Shown one piece after another: positions 38,197-47,284 of a stretch of DNA of 64,000 nucleotides. The position numbers and the translations under genes are program-made. The notes below the pieces were generated by a model that saw only the letters and a list, made by a program, of their open reading frames with translations, searched no databases and had not been told where the DNA came from. The stretch comes from a virus. The stretch spans positions 1-64,000 of IMG/VR virus record IMGVR_UViG_3300045988_148900; one strand, given 5' to 3'. Position 1 is the stretch's first letter, and each line of letters starts with the position of its first letter.

Positions 38197-38413
38197 GGAT
38201 ATATAATTGCATAACCCCAAACAACACGCAAAAAACATAACCATAACAACAAAAAAACGGATATAGAATTGAGCAAAGCATGCTCTAAAGTAAAAATACC
38301 GGATATAGAATTGCTCCAAGCAACAACCTTGAACTCTATACAAACGCAAATTATAGGATATAGAATTGCTGAAAGTGACGACCAATCTACTAAAATAACG
38401 GATATAGAATTGC
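38197..38413 (-). repeat. array of five copies of the 14-mer motif (one consensus, four GCAATTCTATATCC-type variants)
   Basis: Copies at 38197-38210, 38259-38272, 38301-38314, 38356-38369 and 38400-38413. Successive starts are 62, 42, 55 and 44 nt apart. Confidence 0.8.
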
Positions 38414-38463
38414 TCAAAGCAGAAGCTAAACCTAACAACTACACCTGAAGATAAACTCTAAGT

Positions 38464-38511
38464 AAACGCCGAAAGGCGCAGATAACCAAATGAATATAAA
38501 CGCCAAAGGCG
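38464..38511 (-). terminator. two short tandem hairpins after the M23 peptidase gene (weak terminators)
   Basis: Minus strand has CGCC-TTTC-GGCG-TTT and CGCC-TTT-GGCG-TTTAT. Confidence 0.35.
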
Positions 38512-38805
38512 AAGCAGAAGAACGAGCGACGAAATGCCAGAAGCTCCTACGCAAAAAGAAGAAGGCCCGGCCCAACAAGACACACCACCCCGGACCCCGG
38601 ATAACCCCCTAAAAGAAAAAGAACTCATCTAATAATAGATAAGCTCCTAAAATCTACCTTTTACGTATGATTTTAGACTACCAAAATGTAAATAAAATAA
38701 ACTATGACACCTAAAACGAACCTTTTGAACAAATAATCAAGAAAATCCCATTAGGAAAATCGCAGAATATAGGGAAATTTAGACCAATGAAATTATTTTA
38801 ATTGC

Positions 38806-40431
38806 CTAAAACTTTTGGACATTGGGTAAAACTATCGCACCCCGCTGATTATTGTAACATAGTCGCGGCTCCCGCAAAACAGACGTTACGACACGCTTGG
38901 CAACCTCCGGCTCCACAACCGTACCTGACTCCTGCTTAACAAGACCAAGTAACACATTAGTGGCTGTATCTGCATCTCGTAAGTCTATAGGCTGATCCGA
39001 ACGAACACCAACATAAGAAGCTACGTTAGAAGCCCATGCCAGAATGTCGTCACCAGCGTAAGCAGGACGACCTGACATGTTGCCTCCAACATACATACGG
39101 CTAACATCGCCTAAAGTAACCCACTGACCATTAGAACGTGAAATATCCCGGCGATCCTGATAACCAAGCAATGTCATATAGGCAGCCCGCAAAGATAACT
39201 CTGGCGACGAGAACTTAACAAAACGCCTGCCATCAGGTAAGACCTTAGTGCCAGTACGACCCTTCCACTTGACACCAAAGTCCTGAACGTTGGCAATATT
39301 ATTAGTCTGTTTGGCGAGGCTGGAACCTATAGTGATACCTGTGGTCGACTGCTGAGAGATCGGCGAAATTTGAGGCGTTTCCATGGCTGGAATAGCAACT
39401 CCTAAGTCTCTGGAAAACTCAGTAGGACTGACGCGCGAGCCAGACGCGTCTCTAAAGGTGATATGTAAGTGAGCCCCCGAAGTATGCGAGCCTGTGTTGC
39501 CTGAAATAGCTACCACATCCCCTCGTTTTACTTCTGCCCCAACAGGTAAAACCGTATTACTGCTTAGGTGGGCCATACCTATACGACGCCCAGACTTCAT
39601 CCTAACAATAAGAGAAAGACCGCCCGCATCATTATTGGTACCATAAGCCTTCTCAATAACACCTGGCTCGTCGAATGGCCACCGAAGCGGTGTTCCTCCT
39701 GCAATGCGTAAGTCAAGACCACTATGAGCCTTAGAATGCCAACTATCGGTCACTCCGTAATAGGTAGACACCGCACCCTTCTTCTTATCACCGTACTCCT
39801 CACCCACAAGACGCTTGTAAAGCTCCTCGCCAACAACCCCCTGAGCCATGCGCTCAGTATAACCAACTCCAAGTACTGCCGAAGATACAGAGCCTGAAGC
39901 AGAACCTGACCGCATGTCGGAAATCCAAGTCGGCTCCAAAACCCACTCGGCGGTCATGGAATTCCCATCTCCGTCTTTAGGCTCCGCTAAAGAAGAGGCT
40001 GCACGCCTAACCAACTTGAACCCTCCCCACAAAAGAAGACCCCATACTGCTGTAGAACCCACAGACTTGACAAGCTCAAGTAACGCTAAACCCGCCTTAA
40101 TAGGTGCAGGAAGCAACATGGAAGCTCCCTTAGACATCAACCAGCCAAGAACACCCCCATCCTCCTCATCATCATCCTCATCAGCGGCCTTCGCGAGCTT
40201 AGGAGTCTCTACTCCATCCAACGCCGACTGATCGGCCACAGACGTGGACTCCAAGAACTCCCGTAAGGCACTAAGAGACATCTCGCGCCCATTAACAGAC
40301 AAGTCATCAGAATCCGAGAGAGCTGATACTGCCGCAAGCCATACGTCAAGAACAGACGTAGAAAGCTCCGTAAAAGCCTCAACACCCGAACCTATAAGAG
40401 TATCTCGTCCCTCTGATTGCATAAACATCAC
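38806..40431 (-). CDS. tail-associated peptidoglycan hydrolase with M23 (LytM) peptidase domain
   Basis: HSGLDL (HxxxD) and GNTGSHTSGAHLHITF (HxH). Its start overlaps the tape-measure stop. Confidence 0.8.
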   Translation of the reverse strand: MMFMQSEGRDTLIGSGVEAFTELSTSVLDVWLAAVSALSDSDDLSVNGREMSLSALREFLESTSVADQSALDGVETPKLAKAADEDDDEEDGGVLGWLMSKGASMLLPAPIKAGLALLELVKSVGSTAVWGLLLWGGFKLVRRAASSLAEPKDGDGNSMTAEWVLEPTWISDMRSGSASGSVSSAVLGVGYTERMAQGVVGEELYKRLVGEEYGDKKKGAVSTYYGVTDSWHSKAHSGLDLRIAGGTPLRWPFDEPGVIEKAYGTNNDAGGLSLIVRMKSGRRIGMAHLSSNTVLPVGAEVKRGDVVAISGNTGSHTSGAHLHITFRDASGSRVSPTEFSRDLGVAIPAMETPQISPISQQSTTGITIGSSLAKQTNNIANVQDFGVKWKGRTGTKVLPDGRRFVKFSSPELSLRAAYMTLLGYQDRRDISRSNGQWVTLGDVSRMYVGGNMSGRPAYAGDDILAWASNVASYVGVRSDQPIDLRDADTATNVLLGLVKQESGTVVEPEVAKRVVTSVLREPRLCYNNQRGAIVLPNVQKF

Positions 40432-42809
40432 ATGTTTCCGGCACTCTTAGGTGCAACCTGAACATTTACAGACGAGTTGCTAACAACTGCAGAACCGCCT
40501 GCATTAGACAGCTTATCACCTAAAGACTGCTGGCCCTTAGTCAAGATATCCACCTTAGCGTTAACCGTCTCTACTGCATTAAGTAGACCCTTAAGCTCCT
40601 GATCAAGACTCAGTAAATTCCCCGAAAGAGGATTGCGACCCGAACCCTCACGCATAAAGTCGGTAACCCCAGAACGAACCTCAGAGAACCCAGCAGAGTA
40701 CTCAGGGCGATAGGTCCCAACAGTCGCCTTCACAATAGCATTCTCGCCTATGAAGTAATCTCCAGTCCAACCACTGACAATAGACCCAAGCCGCTTAATC
40801 GCCGGATTGGAAATGTAACCCAAGATAGGACGACGCTCCAGCTCCGCATCTAAATTTGCCTTAGTATAATCATGAAAACGCTGCGTAGTCCAATCAGCAC
40901 CCTTCATATAACCACCGGAAGCCACAATCTCGCCCGGAGCAACCCGCAACTCCTGTAACCGACGCTGAAATTCTGGATCATTCTCGCCGCCCGGATAACC
41001 TAAAGACGCCGCATGAAGCATATCCGAAAGGGACTCAAAATGAACATTACCCAATACCGAACTACGATTCAAAGCCGATGAGTAACCACCCGGAAAATAC
41101 TTCAACGACCCATCCAGTAATGTCCTATACAACTCCGGATGTGCCTGCAAGAAAGCCTCCCTCTCCTCGGGCGTGGTTGAATTAAGCCAGTCCGTAAAAG
41201 CCTCAGACTTATTCTTCGCTGAAGCATAAGCCCCACCACCCATAGCTAACACTCCTACGGTATCCGGATTGGCGGCAAAAGCAGCATTAATAATATTATA
41301 CGAATTCTGAGACTGCAAATGATGACCCAGCCATGCATAAGTGTTAGTAGCTACTCCAAGCTGATCATCCTCAGACATCTCAGAATACAAGGTGCCGCCA
41401 CTCTGGCCGCGTAAGCTACTCAAAGCTACAAGTGCCGGAGGCCCTTCGGTCGAACCATCGTGAAACAAATAAGCTACCCCTGACCCTATCTTCAAGGCAT
41501 AAGCCATTGACTTCATATTAAACACCGTGCGAGAAGCCTTATCCATCTCCTGCCAAGCTCTAAGACCAAGCAAGGTGAAACCCATCGTCGTGACTAAGGG
41601 TCCCGCGAGCTTATAAAGTGCCGAAAGGCCGCCCCACCTAATACCTGCACCGACAGCACCTCCGGCAAGTAGACCTCCCGCAAGTGTGTCAAAAGCAGCA
41701 GAACTTCCAGAAGTAACTAAAGACTCGTTCCCGCTAATGCCATAAGCATCAAACGGTTTTTCATTAGAAAGTGTATCTGCAAAATCAGAAATACGCGAAC
41801 GCATCGTATCGGAAGCTGTAGTGTAAGCTGCAACCCCCGCCTGAGCCTGACCAAGCAAATGTTCCTTAGGGCTGGTCGTAGAAGAAGCTATCAAATCATA
41901 AACACTCGTGACCTTCTCCCAAATGGCCGTAATCTTAGAAAAAAGATCATTCCGACCATCAGGATCAATGATATTCTTCTTAATCCAGTCCTGAACCTTC
42001 GGGATACTAAGAATACCATATAAGGCCCCTGCAGTGCCCGCAATCCCACCAAGCAACTTCAATGTCGACCACCAACTACCATGATCCTTCTTAGGCTTAT
42101 TCGGCTTAGAAGCCTCGACGGTAATATTAGTACCACCGCGCTGCTTACCAAGAGCTGTCAGAATGGCGTCAGACGTGGACTCAATAGTAGCAACAGCACC
42201 CTCGAACTTCTCCTGACGATCCTCTGCAGCAAGCTCTGTAACAAGATGATCGCTATCCCCACCAATGCGAGAGTCAAGACCACTGCCCAGAGAAAAAGTA
42301 CTCTCCTGCATATATGACATCATACTCCTCCGAGACGGTGCAGACCCAGAACGAGACGACCAGTCAAGAAGAGGACGAAGCTGAGCAGGTGAAACCTGTG
42401 AAAAGGTGGGCCCCAAACCCGACTTATTAATACCAGCAGACAAAGACTGTAAACCATCCCGCTCAGATAGAGATAAACTCGGAAAAGACGACGCTGCAGT
42501 ACCTCGACGAGTCAAATCAACAGCTCGAGCCTCCTGACGCAACAATGAATCAACAGAACCACCACTCAAAGCAGTAGTCTTGATCCGAGACAGCAAACCC
42601 GCACGAGCAGACTTCTCACCCGCAGACGCTCCAGACGACTCAATAGCTTTAATCTTCGAATCCAAAGAATCCGAAAGACGAATACAATCCTCCAGAAGCT
42701 TCTGGTTAGCAAGTAAAGACTCCCGACTCAGATTGACCTTGTCGATCTTCGATAAATACTCATCTAAGGCGGCATTTAGACCGCTAATTTTGAATTTCTC
42801 GTCCGCCAT
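40428..42809 (-). CDS. tail tape measure protein
   Basis: 793-aa ORF, helical at the N-terminus with Gly/Ala-rich hydrophobic segments. It sits between the tube-like genes and the baseplate. Confidence 0.55.
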   Translation of the reverse strand: MADEKFKISGLNAALDEYLSKIDKVNLSRESLLANQKLLEDCIRLSDSLDSKIKAIESSGASAGEKSARAGLLSRIKTTALSGGSVDSLLRQEARAVDLTRRGTAASSFPSLSLSERDGLQSLSAGINKSGLGPTFSQVSPAQLRPLLDWSSRSGSAPSRRSMMSYMQESTFSLGSGLDSRIGGDSDHLVTELAAEDRQEKFEGAVATIESTSDAILTALGKQRGGTNITVEASKPNKPKKDHGSWWSTLKLLGGIAGTAGALYGILSIPKVQDWIKKNIIDPDGRNDLFSKITAIWEKVTSVYDLIASSTTSPKEHLLGQAQAGVAAYTTASDTMRSRISDFADTLSNEKPFDAYGISGNESLVTSGSSAAFDTLAGGLLAGGAVGAGIRWGGLSALYKLAGPLVTTMGFTLLGLRAWQEMDKASRTVFNMKSMAYALKIGSGVAYLFHDGSTEGPPALVALSSLRGQSGGTLYSEMSEDDQLGVATNTYAWLGHHLQSQNSYNIINAAFAANPDTVGVLAMGGGAYASAKNKSEAFTDWLNSTTPEEREAFLQAHPELYRTLLDGSLKYFPGGYSSALNRSSVLGNVHFESLSDMLHAASLGYPGGENDPEFQRRLQELRVAPGEIVASGGYMKGADWTTQRFHDYTKANLDAELERRPILGYISNPAIKRLGSIVSGWTGDYFIGENAIVKATVGTYRPEYSAGFSEVRSGVTDFMREGSGRNPLSGNLLSLDQELKGLLNAVETVNAKVDILTKGQQSLGDKLSNAGGSAVVSNSSVNVQVAPKSAGNM

Positions 42810-42832
42810 GACATAAACCCTCTAATTGTAGA

Positions 42833-43660
42833 CTACTCGCCAGAATTCCGCAAATTAAGCTCCATCTGAGAAAGCTCCGGCATCGACAAATCCAGAAAAT
42901 CCTTGAAAGTAACCATCCCCGACAAGCTCATGAACCTGTTGACAATCTTCGCAGAGTCCATTGTAGTCACAGCCGCCGTGAAAGGAATGATAACCTTAAT
43001 ATCCCCACCACAATGAGAACACTTACCAATAGCATACTGAGGAACCCCATGATAAGTCATCTGACTAAACAACAATGCCGAAAAGTAAACATACATAGGA
43101 TACTCGTCAACCCGCTTGATGCTCGCCTCAATCTCGGACACAGACCCGATAGGCTGACCAAGAGTAGCCGCAATAAAAGCCTGCTCGTAACGCAAGGTGT
43201 AATTCTCGTAATCAGCAAGAGCGTAATTGATGATCTTCTCCTCATCCGGAACAGACAAAAAACGATACGTTACATCCATATCAATCCCATCCCAACGCTT
43301 CTTAACCTCGACAGGAGTACCCTCATCCAAAGCAATAAGCTCCTGCTGCGTAATATCATAAACAACACTATTGGTGACCGGATTCCCATTGTCGTCCTTG
43401 CACAAAGGACATACAAAGTCAGTGCTAATCTGATTCAAACAGACACCAGACGCAGCAACATCAAAAAGAAAGTCCCGATCACACAAGGTCATCTTAGACA
43501 AATCCTCCGGACGCTCCAAAAGCATCCGAACAAACTCCGTCTTCAACTGCTCGTCCGTATAAGACGCAGAGTTAATACTCCGAATATGGCCCAGCTTCGG
43601 CGTGTTCAAAACTGTCTGGTGCAGGCCAAACAAACCATTAGAAGGTAATGTTATAATCAT
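42833..43660 (-). CDS. tail assembly protein with a zinc ribbon (about 275 aa)
   Basis: CPLC...CSHCG. ATG at 43658-43660 follows the upstream stop. Confidence 0.45.
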   Translation of the reverse strand: MIITLPSNGLFGLHQTVLNTPKLGHIRSINSASYTDEQLKTEFVRMLLERPEDLSKMTLCDRDFLFDVAASGVCLNQISTDFVCPLCKDDNGNPVTNSVVYDITQQELIALDEGTPVEVKKRWDGIDMDVTYRFLSVPDEEKIINYALADYENYTLRYEQAFIAATLGQPIGSVSEIEASIKRVDEYPMYVYFSALLFSQMTYHGVPQYAIGKCSHCGGDIKVIIPFTAAVTTMDSAKIVNRFMSLSGMVTFKDFLDLSMPELSQMELNLRNSGE

Positions 43661-43668
43661 AATAAAAA

Positions 43669-44484
43669 CTATTTTGCTGACGAAACCATAGGATAAACCG
43701 TCGATCCTTTCATAGCAGAGGTACGATCCTTCCCTAAAAGAGACCCTACATTCCATTTAATAAACTGGTACCCTATCTGCTGAGTAAAAGACATCGGTGA
43801 AACCCCAGACGGATTAGGAGACGGTGTAGGCGTACCAAAAACACAACGAGTAAATCTACACAACTCCAGCTCCTCGTCTGCCTCCGTGATATCGGAATTC
43901 GGACATAAAGCAATAAGAGCAATTGATGGGCGAATATAGATATCCGTACCCACGGTATCAATAGAGCCCCCGCCGGAACCTCCAAAAACATCGGCATCAT
44001 TATTAAACCTATTTGTTTCTGCAGCTGCCCGAGCCGACTCGGTAGCACGCGGACCCACTACCATACTATCAATATCAACCCAATTACGCTGTACAGGAGC
44101 ACGCAGTAACCCATCGCTGGAAAACTGCTCATTATAATACATCAGACTCGGAAAGCTCTTAGAGGCAAAGTCTGCATCCCCTGAAATATAAAAAGTTATC
44201 GACAAATAATCAGTCTGAACAGAGGGCATTGGTACACCATACACCGAACCATGAGGTGACCACGACAAAGCAGCCCCCGGAAGTGTAATACCCGTAAGTA
44301 AAAAATCGGTTGAATCTAAGGACATTCCATTTCCTATAAACCGCAAAACAAAGTCTCCCTGAAGCAACGGCGCAATAGGACGGTCCTGAGACAGAAGACC
44401 TGAACCAAGAGACCCCGACGACTGGCTCATCAACTTCACACGACTGGCAATAGCCTGCTTAACCAAATTGTTTAACCTTCCCAT
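43669..44484 (-). CDS. tail-tube-fold protein (T4 gp54/gp48-like tube initiator candidate)
   Basis: LTGITLPG...SITFY resembles the gp19-family N-terminal pattern. Position before the tape measure. Confidence 0.45.
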   Translation of the reverse strand: MGRLNNLVKQAIASRVKLMSQSSGSLGSGLLSQDRPIAPLLQGDFVLRFIGNGMSLDSTDFLLTGITLPGAALSWSPHGSVYGVPMPSVQTDYLSITFYISGDADFASKSFPSLMYYNEQFSSDGLLRAPVQRNWVDIDSMVVGPRATESARAAAETNRFNNDADVFGGSGGGSIDTVGTDIYIRPSIALIALCPNSDITEADEELELCRFTRCVFGTPTPSPNPSGVSPMSFTQQIGYQFIKWNVGSLLGKDRTSAMKGSTVYPMVSSAK

Positions 44485-44488
44485 GACT

Positions 44489-45016
44489 CTAACCCAAAGG
44501 CGATAACTTCGAAATGTAAGTATAATGAACCTTCACGTTCCACACAATAGCCTCCGTGGCTGACGACGTCTTCGAAAACTGAGCAGGATCAATGCCCTTA
44601 ATAAAAGCCTTCTCCAGCTGAACAGCCGTAAGCAAGGACGCAGATGTCATAGAACCAACACGTGCAAGAGAATTCAAAGCCCCTCCGGTACCAAGAACAT
44701 CCAGCATATTGCCCATTATCAGTGTAATGGTATGCATCTTACGCTCATAGAAAGCACGCTCAATCTCATACCGAACAGTAGTAAACATACTATCGGGTAT
44801 CTCGAAGGACCAATCGCCCGGCTTGAAAACATGAGTCGGAAGCTCTATATCAACTCCCCTATGAGGAACCGTAACCGTAGCTAATTCCTCCGTGGGAAAA
44901 GTAAGAGACTGAACCAAGATGGTAGACTGAGGTAACGCAGGCCACACCATCGTGATATCGCGCTTCGTAAGCGGTGACGTAACAAGTGCCTTAAAAGCAT
45001 CTATGCGATAACTCAT
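44489..45016 (-). CDS. tail-tube-fold protein (gp19 family-like)
   Basis: VQSLTFPTEELATV...WSFEIPDS parallels VQSTTFPSEQLRTT...WGFNVPET of 46737-47243. Confidence 0.5.
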   Translation of the reverse strand: MSYRIDAFKALVTSPLTKRDITMVWPALPQSTILVQSLTFPTEELATVTVPHRGVDIELPTHVFKPGDWSFEIPDSMFTTVRYEIERAFYERKMHTITLIMGNMLDVLGTGGALNSLARVGSMTSASLLTAVQLEKAFIKGIDPAQFSKTSSATEAIVWNVKVHYTYISKLSPLG

Positions 45017-45103
45017 GAAACCTAAACAAAAAGCTGTGAGCGTGGGACAATATAAACCCACAGCCCACAGCGGTTAATTAAATGCAATCGTATAATGCCT
45101 CTA

Positions 45104-46675
45104 CTACGCCCCCTCCGTAATAGAAGCATTGTCCATCGGACCAAATACCTCATCTAAATGAGCATCTGCCTCGTCGTAACCACAATGCTCCTCGTGGCAG
45201 AACATCACAGCATCAAAGATGTCATCAATCTGAGACTTCGTCGGATTGGTGACCGTGTACTCTTTAGGAATCACACCATAGTCACCGAACTTCTTGAACA
45301 GCTGGACACCAACCGTCGAAATATCAGCTTTAGCATAGAAGGCGTCAATCCCCTCATTGTCATACAGATCATCCAAACGATCCTCGTCGCCGTCCAGAGC
45401 ATCTTTGCTCTTGCCATAAACAATCAGCATGGCCTCATCGCCCTGATCATGATTGTCGAGTTTGATCTGCTCCGACCACAGAACATAGTCCTCCATCGAG
45501 TACTCAATGCCATTCTTATTGAACGCCTCCGCAAGAGTATCATAAACAACCTCCTCTGATGCATCTGAAACCTTCTTGCCGCGACAAACACAAGGTGCAC
45601 TGTCACTCACTTTATTGCTCTTCAGCTCTAAATCGTTATCAAGATATGATACAACCTCATCTGACGACAAATGTTCATCCGAGCAGAACAAAGCAGCATC
45701 AATAATCTCTCTAACCTGACCAATAGTAGGATTAATAATGTTCCATTCTGCAGACGGACCCTTATCAGATTTAACATCATAAACCTGAATACCCAACACC
45801 TCCAAAGGAGTCTGATCATAGAAGGCATTATCACCAACCTCATCGTAACGAGACGCCAAAACATCCAAAACAGGATCAGTATAAGCATCTTTAGCCATAC
45901 CATAAATCTGAATCTGACCCGCGTCTGCCTGATTGCCATGACCATCAAACTTCTGCTCGTTCATCCAAATAACATAATCCTCAAGGGTATAAGGAAGGTT
46001 AGCATCATCCAAAGCATCCGCCAAATCAGCATAGGTCAAAGTCGCATCATCTTTAACATGCGCCTTCCGAACAGGCTTGCCAACACGCTCACCGACAATC
46101 TTAGCAACCTCGGCCGAATCCTGAACATACCCAGAATCAGACGTCGGAAGAGCCTGATCCAACGCAACAGCTGCATCCTCTGCCGACGACTCCGAGCCGC
46201 GAACATCTGCAACAATCTTCGCGACAGTCTCGAATAACTCTTTAGACGGATTCTTCCACATCCACTCCTTGTAGAAGTCTGACTCGTCGTCAATAAGCTG
46301 AACAAGTAAATACTCCGCGGCAGTCTCAGCAAGAGCCTCATCCATCTTAAAGTACTTAGAACGGCTCCCGCGGAAAACCTCTTCTCGAGCCTCAGTATCC
46401 ATACCACCTACGCTCATATCCAAGCGAACCTCATGACCGTCGTTAATCCATGAATAATTACTCCACATAGTGCCATCGAAAAGCTGCATGTCAACATTGT
46501 GCTTCCGAGAGAGAACCACAGCATCCGTATAAGAGAACGGTACAAGCACCTCCTCCGAATCTGAAACACGACCGCGCTTGCGAGGCAAAGCTGAATCTGA
46601 TACACGACCACTCCGGTTGGTCGAAACCGAGATAACGTCGCCTACAACCTCAGTATAAAAATCTACACTATTCAT
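45104..46675 (-). CDS. acidic protein with an internal tandem duplication of about 150 aa; function unknown
   Basis: Two repeats: ...YTLEDYVIWMNEQKFDGH...AFYDQTPLEVLGIQVY...NPTIGQVREIIDAALFCSDEH and ...YSMEDYVLWSEQIKLDNH...AFYAKADISTVGVQLF...NPTKSQIDDIFDAVMFCHEEH. Confidence 0.65.
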   Translation of the reverse strand: MNSVDFYTEVVGDVISVSTNRSGRVSDSALPRKRGRVSDSEEVLVPFSYTDAVVLSRKHNVDMQLFDGTMWSNYSWINDGHEVRLDMSVGGMDTEAREEVFRGSRSKYFKMDEALAETAAEYLLVQLIDDESDFYKEWMWKNPSKELFETVAKIVADVRGSESSAEDAAVALDQALPTSDSGYVQDSAEVAKIVGERVGKPVRKAHVKDDATLTYADLADALDDANLPYTLEDYVIWMNEQKFDGHGNQADAGQIQIYGMAKDAYTDPVLDVLASRYDEVGDNAFYDQTPLEVLGIQVYDVKSDKGPSAEWNIINPTIGQVREIIDAALFCSDEHLSSDEVVSYLDNDLELKSNKVSDSAPCVCRGKKVSDASEEVVYDTLAEAFNKNGIEYSMEDYVLWSEQIKLDNHDQGDEAMLIVYGKSKDALDGDEDRLDDLYDNEGIDAFYAKADISTVGVQLFKKFGDYGVIPKEYTVTNPTKSQIDDIFDAVMFCHEEHCGYDEADAHLDEVFGPMDNASITEGA

Positions 46676-46736
46676 AAAAAAATAAGTTTAAGTCCACTAA
46701 TAATACAAAAGTAAAATAAATTACTGAAACCGCAAA

Positions 46737-47243
46737 CTATTTACCCCGCAAATTTTTTTCCTCAAGCCACTGATATCGGATAACCCAGTCGTACCGGAAG
46801 TTCGTCTCCACGCTCTGCTTGTTGAGCTGAATGTCATTGTGGCCCTGAAGCCATGCACCATGAAGAACTACACAGAAAGACTCAACGGAATTCAAATCCC
46901 GGCAAGTAACCGTAATATCCCGCCATAAAGAAATGTCAGGCGTGAAAGCTCCGGACTTCTGGTTCCACATCTGAGCCTTGATGGCGTTCAAGGCAGCACC
47001 AATAGATCCGTCATCCGTCTCGGGAACATTAAAACCCCAAGTACCGCTGTTCTGCGGAATGGTAGGATAACGAACCTCTTCACCATCCATATATAAGACC
47101 GTAGTCCTAAGCTGCTCCGACGGAAAAGTCGTAGACTGAACCGTGATGGCGTAATCCTCAAAACCCGGAATATCCAACGCAAAGTTATGCGTATTCATCG
47201 GATTTGAAATGACATTCGTAAAAGTAGATATCTTAATAGACAT
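46737..47243 (-). CDS. tail tube protein (T4 gp19-like)
   Basis: 168 aa directly after the sheath gene. N-terminal NFALDIPG and C-terminal F.YDW pattern resemble gp19. Confidence 0.65.
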   Translation of the reverse strand: MSIKISTFTNVISNPMNTHNFALDIPGFEDYAITVQSTTFPSEQLRTTVLYMDGEEVRYPTIPQNSGTWGFNVPETDDGSIGAALNAIKAQMWNQKSGAFTPDISLWRDITVTCRDLNSVESFCVVLHGAWLQGHNDIQLNKQSVETNFRYDWVIRYQWLEEKNLRGK

Positions 47244-47284
47244 GACCTAAATGTATTTATCGAATTAACAACCTCTATAAAAGA

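Noticed and set aside
38197-38413. CRISPR array.
   Set aside because: The repeats are only 14-21 nt and the spacing is irregular (42-62 nt). The repeat is the same motif found singly upstream of ten other genes. There are no cas genes.
38143-38438. Minus-strand ORFs 38143-38385 and 38193-38438.
   Set aside because: They overlap each other, run through the repeat array (giving repeated NSIS peptides) and cross the consensus motif and the start of the baseplate gene.
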